Assembly (NCBI GenBank): GCA_030130125.1 | Contig: JARZZM010000001.1 | Coordinates: 6,004-70,003 of the forward strand | Direction: 5' to 3' | DNA: 64,000 nt | Origin: Thermoproteota archaeon | Lineage (GTDB): Archaea > Korarchaeota > Korarchaeia > Korarchaeales > Korarchaeaceae | Part shown: positions 9,514 to 18,807 of the stretch, one piece after another | Numbering within the stretch: the first letter of the stretch is position 1 | Layout of the letters: each line of letters opens with the position of its first letter | Translations under genes and position numbers: made by a program | The notes under the pieces: model-generated | What the model was told of the DNA's origin: nothing | The model's database searches: none | What the model saw: only the letters and a program-made list of their open reading frames with translations

Positions 9514-10513
9514 GATTCTGATCAAACTCTTGAGGGCTTACAGCCCTACCGGCCAGGAGGACAACGCTAGGGACGTAATAGTGGAAATCTGCGAGGATCT
9601 CGGATTGAGGGTCGAGATTGACGAGGTGGGAAATGTTCTCGCTAGTAAAGGAGGAGGTGGAAGGGTGTGGCTCGTCGGTCACTACGACACGGTCCCCGGG
9701 AGGCTTCCCGTCAGGAGAAGCGGAGGCGTGATCTCCGGTAGGGGAGCCGTGGATGCGAAGGGGCCCCTCTCAGCAATGCTGATGGCGGCATCCCTCTCCA
9801 AATCGCCCGTGATGGTCGCGGCCCTCGTTGGTGAGGAGGGGGACAGCAGGGGGGCCAGACACCTGCTTACTAGGGAGCTCCCACCTTTCGTGGTAATAGG
9901 GGAACCTTCTAACAAAACCGGCGTCATAATAGCCTACAGGGGAGGGGCGCACCTGACCTTGAGGTGTAAGGCGGAAGGAGGTCACTCATCATCTCCCGGA
10001 GTATCTGCAGTGGATCTGCTTGTGGAGTCTATCTCAAAAATGAAAGAGGTGGCTCCAGGCGAGAAGTACGATGTTCCCAGCATTACCACCACCATGATAA
10101 GCGGTGGAGAGGCGCCTAACGTTCTTCCAAAGAGGGCCGAGGCAGTACTAGACTTGAGGGTCCCTCCGGGGATCGATCATTCGATGGTACTCGATGAGAT
10201 AAAATCTAAGCTCTCTGAAGGGTGTGAGGTGGCTGCCTTATGGGCTGTTCCACCTGTAGCGGTCAGACCTAGCGAACCAGTTCCTAGGGCGTTAATTAGG
10301 TCCATTATCTCCCTAGGAGGGAAACCCAGGCTCCTGAAGAAATATGGATCTAGCGATATGAACCTGCTTCACGGAAAGGTCTCGAGCATAGCGGCCTACG
10401 GTCCAGGCGATGGGAAGCTGGCTCACACCACCATGGAGTTCGTGAATACTAGGGACTTAGAGTTCGCTGTAGAGGTCTACCTAAAAACGATAGAGTACTT
10501 ATCGAACCTATGA
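9482..10513 (+). CDS. lysK: [LysW]-lysine/ornithine hydrolase (M20 family)
   Basis: GHYDTV, GRGAVDAKG, GEE, GEPS, YGPGD..LAH. Confidence 0.9.
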   Translation: MPSSTESGVDEILIKLLRAYSPTGQEDNARDVIVEICEDLGLRVEIDEVGNVLASKGGGGRVWLVGHYDTVPGRLPVRRSGGVISGRGAVDAKGPLSAMLMAASLSKSPVMVAALVGEEGDSRGARHLLTRELPPFVVIGEPSNKTGVIIAYRGGAHLTLRCKAEGGHSSSPGVSAVDLLVESISKMKEVAPGEKYDVPSITTTMISGGEAPNVLPKRAEAVLDLRVPPGIDHSMVLDEIKSKLSEGCEVAALWAVPPVAVRPSEPVPRALIRSIISLGGKPRLLKKYGSSDMNLLHGKVSSIAAYGPGDGKLAHTTMEFVNTRDLEFAVEVYLKTIEYLSNL

Positions 10514-10587
10514 CGTGCTGTGGAGCCCCGGAAAGTCACACAGTTTAGCGAGCTGACGCTTAAATTATAGTTTCGACTATTATAGTT

Positions 10588-11958
10588 GTGACTCGAAAAT
10601 TCATCGATAGGGAGCCGGAGCTTTCTCTGCTGGAGGATAGTTGGGAGAGAGGGGATCGCCTCATAATAGTGTACGGGAGGAGGAGGATAGGGAAAACAGA
10701 GCTCTTGAAGCAATTCATAAGGGATAAGCCAGCCGTCTATTACCTGTGCTCTCTTAGGAAGGTCCCTTACAATTTGAGGAGGTTCTCCCACAAGGTATCC
10801 GAATTCCTAAGGATCCCCAAAATCCAGTTTTCGAGCTTTCAGGACGCTTTCGAGGCCCTAAAGGGAAGGGGCAGGTTAATCGTCGTGATAGACGAATTCG
10901 GCTACTTGGTCAGGGATGATCCAGGAATTCTGAGCGATTTCCAAGAGATAGTGGACGAAAAGTTGAGGGGTTCGGGGATCACACTGATCTTATGCGGATC
11001 CAGCATCTCCCTGATGGAGACGAGGGTGATGGGGGCGAAGTCCCCCCTCTACGGAAGGGCCGACAGGTATTTGAGGGTGAGACCCTTCAACATGAGGCAA
11101 CTGACCTCCTGGTTCCCGAGTGCCGCCCCCGGAGACCTGATTAAGATATACGCGGTAACAGGGGGAGTGGCCAGATACCTGGAATTCTTTTCCGGAGTAG
11201 ACGTGGAGGCCGAGATCGAGAAGAACTTCTTCGATCCCTCATCCTTCCTGTATATGGATGCCATGACCATGCTGTCAGAGGAGCTCAGGGACTATGCTAC
11301 CTACCTACAAGTACTGGAAGCCATAAGCTTGGGGTATAACAAGGTGACGGAGATAGCTAACTACGCGTTCCTCCAACCCAAGGATGTTCACTTCTACCTC
11401 AAGGTGCTTTCATCTCTGGGCATAGTAAGGAGGATAGTCCCAGTCCTATCCCCTAGGAAAACTAAGAGGGGAGTATATGAGATAGGAGACAACTATTTCG
11501 ACTTCTGGTTCGGGTTCGTGTCACCATTCCAGTCCGAGATAGAGTCGGGGTACAAGGGCCCGGTACTGCGAAACTTCAGGGAAAAATTCCCAGCTTACTT
11601 GGGCAGGGTGTTTGAGAGGGTGGTTCGGGAATTGATAAGGCCGCTCCTGCCGTACAGACCGATACAGGTGGGTAAATGGTGGCATAAAGACGTGGAGATA
11701 GATGTGGTCGCGTACGACGACTCGCACATTGCCTTCTTGGAGGTAAAGTGGTCTAATCTCTCGATCAGAGCTGCAAGAGGGGCCCTAACTTCTCTGAAGG
11801 AGAAGGCTTCGAAGGTAAAGTTCGATGGGAGGAGGTATTACGGCCTCGTAGCTAGAAATGTTGATAAGAAGGAGGAGCTGTTGAAAGAGGGCTTTATAGT
11901 CTATGATCTCGAGGATATTTTAGCCCTTGGAGACCGTGGCACTCGCGAAAGCACGTAG
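10588..11958 (+). CDS. Archaeal ATPase with DUF234 / C-terminal PD-(D/E)xK-like domain
   Basis: FIDREPEL, YGRRRIGKT, VIDEF, LCGS, DNYFDFWF, GKWW...EIDVVA...EVKW. Confidence 0.88.
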   Translation: MTRKFIDREPELSLLEDSWERGDRLIIVYGRRRIGKTELLKQFIRDKPAVYYLCSLRKVPYNLRRFSHKVSEFLRIPKIQFSSFQDAFEALKGRGRLIVVIDEFGYLVRDDPGILSDFQEIVDEKLRGSGITLILCGSSISLMETRVMGAKSPLYGRADRYLRVRPFNMRQLTSWFPSAAPGDLIKIYAVTGGVARYLEFFSGVDVEAEIEKNFFDPSSFLYMDAMTMLSEELRDYATYLQVLEAISLGYNKVTEIANYAFLQPKDVHFYLKVLSSLGIVRRIVPVLSPRKTKRGVYEIGDNYFDFWFGFVSPFQSEIESGYKGPVLRNFREKFPAYLGRVFERVVRELIRPLLPYRPIQVGKWWHKDVEIDVVAYDDSHIAFLEVKWSNLSIRAARGALTSLKEKASKVKFDGRRYYGLVARNVDKKEELLKEGFIVYDLEDILALGDRGTREST

Positions 11959-11987
11959 AGTCGTCAGCGGACTCTGGAGGGATCTAT

Positions 11988-13115
11988 TTGCCTGAAGTGA
12001 GGCTATCTGAGCTGCTGAGGGTTAAAATAGCAGTAAGGGAGGAGTTAGCCTCTAAACTAGATAGAAAGGAGAGAAAGGAGGCTCTGGATGATAGACACGC
12101 CCACAGAGAGCCCAGACCCTGTGGGCTGACCGTTCATCCGGGTAGGGGATGCACTTACGCTTGCATCTATTGCTACGTGGAGGACATGGGTATGCCCCGG
12201 AGGCCGGAGCCGTCCCGCCTGTCAGGCTTGCAACTGGCCTATGCAATCGCTTCAAATCCATACACACTCCTCGGGAAGGGAGGGACATTTTTAGCGTTCG
12301 GTTCGGTCACTGAGCCATTTCTGCCAGCTATTAAGGGGAGGACCCTCGAGTACTTGGAGGCCGTATCCCGCTACTTGAGAAACCCGACCCAATTCTCGAC
12401 TAAGGCCTACCTCAGCGAGGAGGATGCTGAGAGGATCCTGTCCCTCGATCCCTCAGTTAGCGCCTTGGTCACCATCTCGGCACTTAGGTGGGCGGAGAGG
12501 CTAGAACCGAAGGCCCCCTCTCCAGAACTTAGGTTCAGGACCCTCAGTAACCTGCTACAGCGAGGAATACATGCATCGCTCTTCCTACGACCTCTGATCC
12601 CGGGAGTGAGTGAGGAGGATGGTCCTCTGATACTGAAGAGGGCCGCCAGCTTGGGTGTGAGGGGAGTAGTGTTAGGAGCACTCAGGGTGACCCGTCGCAT
12701 CCTTAGAGAGCTCGAAGCAGTGGGTCTGAGGGACCTAGCTAGCAAGATGGTCAGGGAACCGAGAAAACCCACTGATCAGGTGCCGCTGAACACAGGGGAT
12801 CTAAAGAGAATGCTCTCATCGAGGGCAAGGGCCTTGGGCCTCAAGGTATTCCCCTCAGCCTGTTCTGCCAACGTGGATGCCCATGATCTCGGGTGTCACA
12901 TGTGCGACATGGGTCCCTGCAACGGCCACCTGCCCGATTACGATCCTGAGGAGATAGAGCAGGCCCTAAGAGGTCTAGGAATAGAGGCTAGAATAATCCC
13001 AGAGGACAGGAAGATCCTCGCACTGGTGAAAGGGGGGTCGAAGAGAATGAGAAGGGTGAAGCACTTGGTCTCCACCGCTACCAAGAGGATGGTTACCGTT
13101 AGGTCGGTGAGGTAG
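11988..13115 (+). CDS. Radical SAM protein (spore photoproduct lyase-like archaeal family), function unknown
   Basis: GCTYACIYCY CxxxCxxC motif; GSVTEPF; FLRPLIPGV; extra Cys cluster CSAN...CHMC..GPC. Confidence 0.8.
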   Translation: MPEVRLSELLRVKIAVREELASKLDRKERKEALDDRHAHREPRPCGLTVHPGRGCTYACIYCYVEDMGMPRRPEPSRLSGLQLAYAIASNPYTLLGKGGTFLAFGSVTEPFLPAIKGRTLEYLEAVSRYLRNPTQFSTKAYLSEEDAERILSLDPSVSALVTISALRWAERLEPKAPSPELRFRTLSNLLQRGIHASLFLRPLIPGVSEEDGPLILKRAASLGVRGVVLGALRVTRRILRELEAVGLRDLASKMVREPRKPTDQVPLNTGDLKRMLSSRARALGLKVFPSACSANVDAHDLGCHMCDMGPCNGHLPDYDPEEIEQALRGLGIEARIIPEDRKILALVKGGSKRMRRVKHLVSTATKRMVTVRSVR

Positions 13116-13333
13116 GTATTGGAGGTGTGAGGGAACGACCATCGAACAGCTGCAGTTTGGGGACACATGCCTATTCGGCAAATCCCGTCCTCTTTATAGA
13201 TCGATTCCGTTTCAATATCCTAGGTATACTTAGTTCCTCAACATCCGCCATGTCAACACGTTTTTCCTCGAGATCCTTCGTTGCATCCATCCCTTACTTA
13301 TATGTCCATAACACTTACGTCCTTAATACAATA

Positions 13334-13588
13334 ATGCTGAGCGTGAGGATTGGTGAGGACTTGAAGGAGAAGATGTCCAAATATAAGCACGTGAATTGGA
13401 GTGAGGTGATAAGGAGGAGCATTAGGAAGGAACTGAAGAATTTAGAGAGGAGAGATCTGGCCAGAGCTCTGTTGTTAAATGAAAGGTACCTAGTAAAGCC
13501 CGATGAGGGTTTCTCCAGCGTAAAGGAGATCAGAAAGTGGAGGGAGCTTGGATGGTCAAGAGGGCGATCCCAGATGCTTCTGTCGTAG
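13334..13588 (+). CDS. vapB: VapB-type ribbon-helix-helix antitoxin (ATG 13334 preferred over the track start 13127)
   Basis: MLSVRIGEDLKEKMSKYKHVNWSEVIRRSI; directly precedes a PIN remnant. Confidence 0.8.
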   Translation: MLSVRIGEDLKEKMSKYKHVNWSEVIRRSIRKELKNLERRDLARALLLNERYLVKPDEGFSSVKEIRKWRELGWSRGRSQMLLS

Positions 13589-13984
13589 CCAAGTGGTATC
13601 TGCTCGAGGAGGACAGGGAACAGGCATTGAAACTGAGGGACGATTACCTCAACGGCCTAGTACAGATCTCTGTTCCTAGTACATCCTTCATTTCGAGGTC
13701 TTGAATGCTCTGAGATGTGTAGCAGTAGGGAGATATCTGAGGAGCAGTTACGTTGAATAGCTAGGAGCCTATCACTCTATGGCTTCGAGGTATACTATCT
13801 ATCGGATGAGGAATATGCTGACGAAGTAGCCAAATTATCTCTGATAAAGGGGATCTCTGTTCACGATTCAAGCTACGTAGCTCTCGCTAAGATGCTGAAA
13901 GCACGCCTACACACGGCAGATGAGAAGCTCCTCGAGAAGTTAGATGAGGAGAGATCTTTCTGCCATCACATACCTGATTACTGA
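13552..13984 (+). pseudogene. vapC: VapC PIN toxin pseudogene (two frameshifts and an in-frame TGA)
   Basis: Segments in shifted frames: MVKRAIPDASVVAKWYLLEE...; ILHFEVLNALR; EISEEQLR*IARSL...ISVHDSSYVALA...LHTADEKL. Confidence 0.85.
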
Positions 13985-14365
13985 GTATCGAAGGTCATCT
14001 CTACCTTTTCATTTTACTCCGTTATCACGCTCTTCAGATAAAACAATTAGCGGATTTATGCGCGCGCTTTGGGTAGGAACTCTTACCGCATATATGGGGT
14101 ACCTTCCTGATTTGATGGTAAAGACAGATAGTGGACGCCGTTCTAGGCCCCGGTTACACACCTCCTATGGACATATGCACTGCGTCTCGGTTTGCTGTAT
14201 CCACTAGTGTTATTGCTAGGATTTTGGTAGGATTGCGAATAATCTGCCAAATGTTTAGCGCAAACAACAATCAAACCCCATCATCAGGGTTATCCAAGAA
14301 AGTGGAGTTAGGGAACAATGTTCAGACGACAGCCCACTAAGCCCTCTTAAAGGCGATATTCACAA

Positions 14366-14569
14366 TCATCTCGGGACTAGCTTCTTCAATGCCTCCACAT
14401 TCCATGGATGGACAGTCTTCCTCCTCCTATCCACCGGTATTCCCTTTCTTCTCGCTTCTGTTATGGATATCCCAGCCTCCCTTAGCTCTCCTAGACTGAA
14501 TCCTCTGCCCAACCTTTTCCTCTTTTCCCTTCTAGTGGAGGTCAGGACCAAGGGGCTCAGCGATCTCAT
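14366..14569 (-). CDS. rpl13e: 50S ribosomal protein L13e
   Basis: RLGRGFSLGELREAGI...GIPVDRRRKT.H..NVEAL signature. Confidence 0.93.
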   Translation of the reverse strand: MRSLSPLVLTSTRREKRKRLGRGFSLGELREAGISITEARRKGIPVDRRRKTVHPWNVEALKKLVPR

Positions 14570-14637
14570 AGGTCATCAGGTAGAGCTGAGAGTAATAAAC
14601 CTAACAACGCGTCAAAGGGGTAATCTTCAAATAATAT

Positions 14638-15456
14638 TTGATCCTTCCGATGCGAGGTGTGAAGGTAGAAGAGGATTCCCTGGTTTCAAGACTCAAAGAT
14701 GTACTCCATCTGACGGAGTACGAAGCCAGAACATACCTAGCCCTGATCATGCACGGAAGCATGACTGTAGGAGAGCTAAGCAAGCTGAGCGGTGTTCCCA
14801 GAGCAAAATGCTACGAGACCTTGAGGAATCTCGTACGCAAGGGGATGGTGGTAATGGTCAGCAGTAAGCCAGCCAAGTACGCGCCTCTACCGGCAGAGGA
14901 AGGGATAGCTAACAGAATGGATCAGCTGAGGAAGGAGCTCGAAAGGAGGTTGATAGAGGCCGAGCAGCTCCTAGAAGAGATAAGAGAGGTAAGCGGCCAA
15001 GAATCCGTACGGGAGGTTCAGATGATGATCATCGAGAGCCACGAGGCCATACTCTCCAACTCTGTCAAGGATGCTGTGAACGCGGAGAGGGAGGTACTAG
15101 TAGCGCTCTCCAATAAACCTGCTAGGATAGACTGGAGTAAATACGTTAGGGATCTAGTTAGCTGCATGAGGAAGGGGGTGAAGTTCAGGTTCTTAGTGCC
15201 TTCCTTAAGTGTGTTCAGCAGTGAATTCAGGGAGGTACTGAAGGGGGACATGGTGGAACCTCCTTCATGGAGCGTTGAGGTTAAGGAAACAAGAGCTGTG
15301 AGGATACCTTTCCTAGTCATAGACAGAGACATAACCTATCTATACATATCAGATCCCGGGACGAACACTCTCAGGGCCGCTGTCAGGATAAGGGACAGCA
15401 GGATGGCGGATCAGATGAGGGAACTCTTCAACAGGTATTGGGAGATGAGTCGCTAG
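14638..15456 (+). CDS. TrmB-family transcriptional regulator
   Basis: LTEYEARTYLALI...ELSKLSGVPRAKCYETL..L..KG; C-terminal effector-binding domain. Confidence 0.88.
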   Translation: MILPMRGVKVEEDSLVSRLKDVLHLTEYEARTYLALIMHGSMTVGELSKLSGVPRAKCYETLRNLVRKGMVVMVSSKPAKYAPLPAEEGIANRMDQLRKELERRLIEAEQLLEEIREVSGQESVREVQMMIIESHEAILSNSVKDAVNAEREVLVALSNKPARIDWSKYVRDLVSCMRKGVKFRFLVPSLSVFSSEFREVLKGDMVEPPSWSVEVKETRAVRIPFLVIDRDITYLYISDPGTNTLRAAVRIRDSRMADQMRELFNRYWEMSR

Positions 15457-15773
15457 CTCTTGCCCTCCCGCTTCAGCCTGACGAGCTTGAAGACGACCGT
15501 CCCGCCGCATGTGAGTGGAGGTCCGGGATCGGGGCACTGCACGTGACCGATGTCTCCCTCACCTATCCCCAGTTGATCTGCAGGCACCCCGTGGGAGAAA
15601 GGGGACAGGAGGGTCACCATAGCAGTCAAGGCGTGGAGACAGATCCTCACACCTCCTGCTCCCTCTATGTAGAAGCCTCTCAGGGTGAAGGAATTGCCCT
15701 CGCGGTATCCAGCAGCGCAATGTCCTCGGACCTCCTCCACCTCTATCCTCACATCGTAAAGCAAGAGGCTCAC
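15453..15773 (-). CDS. TIGR04076-family Cys-containing protein
   Basis: V.EVRGHC.AGY..G..F, C.HAL, VQCPDPG...GGTVVF pattern. Confidence 0.75.
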   Translation of the reverse strand: MSLLLYDVRIEVEEVRGHCAAGYREGNSFTLRGFYIEGAGGVRICLHALTAMVTLLSPFSHGVPADQLGIGEGDIGHVQCPDPGPPLTCGGTVVFKLVRLKREGKS

Positions 15774-16360
15774 CTCAGGAGTATCTCATCCAGCCTGACT
15801 AGGACAGCTCCCTCTCTCACCATCTCGTTCTTGGCCTCCTCCTCGCCACTCGGGTCTATGCCCCTTATCGCATCCTCCACGACGAAGACCTCGAACCCCA
15901 ACTTCAGCGCATCTAGTACGGTGGCCCTAACGCAGTACTCGGTCGCGACACCTCCTATGAAGAGCCTCCTCACCCTTCTCTCTTTGAGGATCTCCTTAAG
16001 ATCGGTCCCCTCGAATCCAGAGTAAGCGTCCTTATCTCTATCCGTCGCCTTAGAGACTATCACGGCTTCATCAGGGACAACCAAATCTGGATGAAACTCT
16101 GCACCTTGGCTTCCCTGCATGCAGTGAGGAGGCCAGGGACCCCCCCTCTGCTTAAAGGATATGTGGTCAGGAGGGTGCCAGTCTCTAGTGTAGACCACGG
16201 TGAAGCCTTTCTTGGCGAAGTGGGAAATCAGGGCGTTAAGGGGTGGCACGACCTCGTCTCCTCTAGGGACTGGAAGGGCGCCCCCAGGCATAAAATCCCT
16301 CTGAACATCCACCACTATGAGCGCTGGATTCCGGACCGTCGCTACTCTCATATGATGCAT
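15770..16360 (-). CDS. pncA: Nicotinamidase/pyrazinamidase
   Basis: VVDVQRDFMPGGALPVP, DWHP..HISF, WPPHC, YSGF, GVATEYCV. Confidence 0.92.
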   Translation of the reverse strand: MHHMRVATVRNPALIVVDVQRDFMPGGALPVPRGDEVVPPLNALISHFAKKGFTVVYTRDWHPPDHISFKQRGGPWPPHCMQGSQGAEFHPDLVVPDEAVIVSKATDRDKDAYSGFEGTDLKEILKERRVRRLFIGGVATEYCVRATVLDALKLGFEVFVVEDAIRGIDPSGEEEAKNEMVREGAVLVRLDEILLR

Positions 16361-16414
16361 GTGAGTGTGGACCTCATAAACTTAGAAAGGTAAAGGTGAG
16401 AGAGGTATGGGGGA

Positions 16415-17461
16415 TCAGACCTCCAGCTCATCTAGGAAGTCGGGAATCCAAGAGAACATGTCTTGAGAGACCTTGGCTACCATGTCCACACCAACTACCT
16501 CGCTTGGATAGACTGGGATGTAAGACCTCACTAGGGGCCCAAGGTCCCTCTCTATCTCGGCCATGTAACCGAGCTGCTCCTTGTACTTGTTCCTTACGTA
16601 TTCGTTTGTCGTCGCCTCAGCTATGGCCTTCGGGATAACCTGATTCACGATGACACCGCCAACGGGTATGTCGAAGCCCTTCACCATCTTAATGAATCTC
16701 TTTACCACAGCTATTGGCAGGGACAGGGGCAGTGTGACGAAGAAGAACGCAGTGAGGTCCTCATTCAGCAAGATGTCCTTGACCCTGTTGAACCTGTCCT
16801 GCATCGATAGGAGGTCGGCCATGAGGGGGTCCTTCTTTATCTCCTCCATCACCTTCTCCTTGCGGAAGGAAAGCTTCACCCTGAGTGATAGGGCTTCTTT
16901 CCTGCTCTCGATCATCCTCTCAAGCCAGAGCCCGTAGATCTTGCTCAAACCTATCAGCCTAGCCGCGTTCGCGACTGCAGCGGTATCGAAGACCACTACA
17001 TCATACTCCTCACCCTGCTGGAGAACCACATCCATCATCTTGTCGAACATGGCCGACTCTTGGAACGCCGGGTTCGTGGTGGCTATGTCGATGAAGGGCT
17101 TGGGATCCATGGGTATGTCCGCCCATTTCAGAAACTCCGAAAGCCTCTTCGCTATGTTCTGTTTGTATTTCTCTACCACGTCGTCTATCTCCACCTCTAG
17201 GGCGTGGAGGTTCTGAGCCCCCTCCACAGGCTTTATGACTCCCCCTCTAAGGTCTTGCCCGAAGAGACTTGATAGCGAGTGTACGGGATTGAGAGACACA
17301 AGGAGAGTTCTCTTCCCATCTTTAGCAAACCTGTAAGCCAAACCAGCAGCAGATATTGTCTTTCCGACTCCTCCCTTACCTCCGGTGAAGAGGAACTTGA
17401 GCTTGGGCTTCTGAGAGAGGAACTCTGGCATTAATACCCTCTCCTCCAAGTTCACCACCAT
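16415..17461 (-). CDS. arsA: ArsA/Get3-family ATPase, catalytically degenerate copy
   Basis: Deviant P-loop GGKGGVGKT intact; switch I reads SLNPVHSL (D to N); switch II reads DTAAVAN. Confidence 0.85.
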   Translation of the reverse strand: MVVNLEERVLMPEFLSQKPKLKFLFTGGKGGVGKTISAAGLAYRFAKDGKRTLLVSLNPVHSLSSLFGQDLRGGVIKPVEGAQNLHALEVEIDDVVEKYKQNIAKRLSEFLKWADIPMDPKPFIDIATTNPAFQESAMFDKMMDVVLQQGEEYDVVVFDTAAVANAARLIGLSKIYGLWLERMIESRKEALSLRVKLSFRKEKVMEEIKKDPLMADLLSMQDRFNRVKDILLNEDLTAFFFVTLPLSLPIAVVKRFIKMVKGFDIPVGGVIVNQVIPKAIAEATTNEYVRNKYKEQLGYMAEIERDLGPLVRSYIPVYPSEVVGVDMVAKVSQDMFSWIPDFLDELEV

Positions 17462-18453
17462 AGTAGATCCCTCCTCGAGTGCATTAGGTCCTCAGCGACC
17501 TTCGCAATCATCCCTAACCCCTTTGGCTCCCTATCGTACATAGGAATGAGTGCCGCTACTAAGTCCCCGAATTTATCCCTTATTTCCATAAGATGATTCT
17601 CCTGCATCTCTATCTTCTTCCTCAGGAGTTCGGGAAGGTCGGGCTTGTCCAGCAGGTCCCTCGGGTATATCTGGTTGACCACCACACCGGACATCTCTAT
17701 GTTCAGCTCCCTGAACATCTCCAGCGCGCGCTCCGTGTCCAGTATGGCCATCTTCTCCGGTACCATCACCATAAAGAAGGCCGTCTTCTCAGAGTTTGTC
17801 ATCAGTTCGGTGAAGGTGGTCATCTTCTTTCTTATCTCCTCCAACTCCTTCAGAACCATGTCCTCGGTCTGCATCCCCCCTTTTAGGGTCGCTGCTACTG
17901 CCTCGTACTCGGCGGCCTCCTTTCTGGCCTCAGTTATCTTGTCCACCCAAGCGCTGAGGATCTCCGCCATCGCCACCATCCTGACCCCGTGACCGAATGG
18001 GGGCATGTCGAAGACATAGAGGTCGTACTCGCCTGACGCCACCAGATCTGCCATCGCATCGTAAGTTGCGGATTCGTACATCGCAGGCTCGGCGGAGGTG
18101 CTGTCTATATACTCCTCGATCTCCTTAGGAAGCTCCTCCAGTCCATACATGTCCAGTATCCTTTGCTTGATCTCCTGCTGATACTCTGCTATCTTCCTGT
18201 CAGCATCTATCTCAACCACGTAAAGGTTGGGCGCCACCTCCACTACTCCCTTACCGAAGAGGTCTCTCTCAAAGATGTCGCTGAGGGAAGCTTGGGGGTC
18301 TGTGCTGAAGCAGAGGACCTTCTTTCCCTCATTCACGGCCATATGGTAGCTAAGGGCAGCGCTGCTGGTGGTCTTTCCCAAACCGCCCTTCCCAGCGAAC
18401 ACCACCACCTCTATATTCGGCTTCCTCTCGAAGAATTCAGCTAAACCCACCAT
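17452..18453 (-). CDS. arsA: ArsA/Get3-family ATPase, motif-intact copy
   Basis: GKGGLGKT, STDPQASLSD, DMPPFGH, VPEKMAILDTER. Confidence 0.88.
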   Translation of the reverse strand: MVGLAEFFERKPNIEVVVFAGKGGLGKTTSSAALSYHMAVNEGKKVLCFSTDPQASLSDIFERDLFGKGVVEVAPNLYVVEIDADRKIAEYQQEIKQRILDMYGLEELPKEIEEYIDSTSAEPAMYESATYDAMADLVASGEYDLYVFDMPPFGHGVRMVAMAEILSAWVDKITEARKEAAEYEAVAATLKGGMQTEDMVLKELEEIRKKMTTFTELMTNSEKTAFFMVMVPEKMAILDTERALEMFRELNIEMSGVVVNQIYPRDLLDKPDLPELLRKKIEMQENHLMEIRDKFGDLVAALIPMYDREPKGLGMIAKVAEDLMHSRRDLLWW

Positions 18454-18472
18454 GGAACCACTCTCCCGCTCC

Positions 18473-18787
18473 TTAGCCGCTCAGCAGATCGGTGAAGTCC
18501 CTCTCCCTAAACAACCTCTCCTTCCACGACTTTATGTTGGGAACGACGTAGGGCAGGATCTTCAGCGAGTAGTAGGGTGGGATTATCGGGAAGCCCAGCA
18601 TGTCGCCCAAAGTCATCAGCATGAAGAGGTGCTCCATGTGCATCCTAGTCTTCAGGGCCGCGGTAGCCGCCCCGTGGACAGCGAAGCCATAGAGCACGCC
18701 CTTAAGGGCCTCGGAAATCCCTTCCTCCTTCTCTTTCTTCTCCTTTCTACTAAATAAAGGGATAGAGATCACCTCCCAATCGAACAT
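18473..18787 (-). CDS. Small CstA-associated protein (paralog 1)
   Basis: Lies between cstA and arsA on the same strand; shares an LG.P...L..LPY..P.I..WK.R..RERD.T motif with 20662..20946. Confidence 0.75.
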   Translation of the reverse strand: MFDWEVISIPLFSRKEKKEKEEGISEALKGVLYGFAVHGAATAALKTRMHMEHLFMLMTLGDMLGFPIIPPYYSLKILPYVVPNIKSWKERLFRERDFTDLLSG

Positions 18788-18807
18788 GAAAAAGGGAAAT
18801 AAAAGGT

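Noticed and set aside
15438-16025. 195-aa plus-strand ORF
   Set aside because: Antisense to pncA and the TIGR04076 gene
16415-18453. Arsenic-resistance (ars) operon
   Set aside because: No arsB/acr3, arsC, arsD or arsR nearby, and the ATPases lack metalloid-binding cysteines
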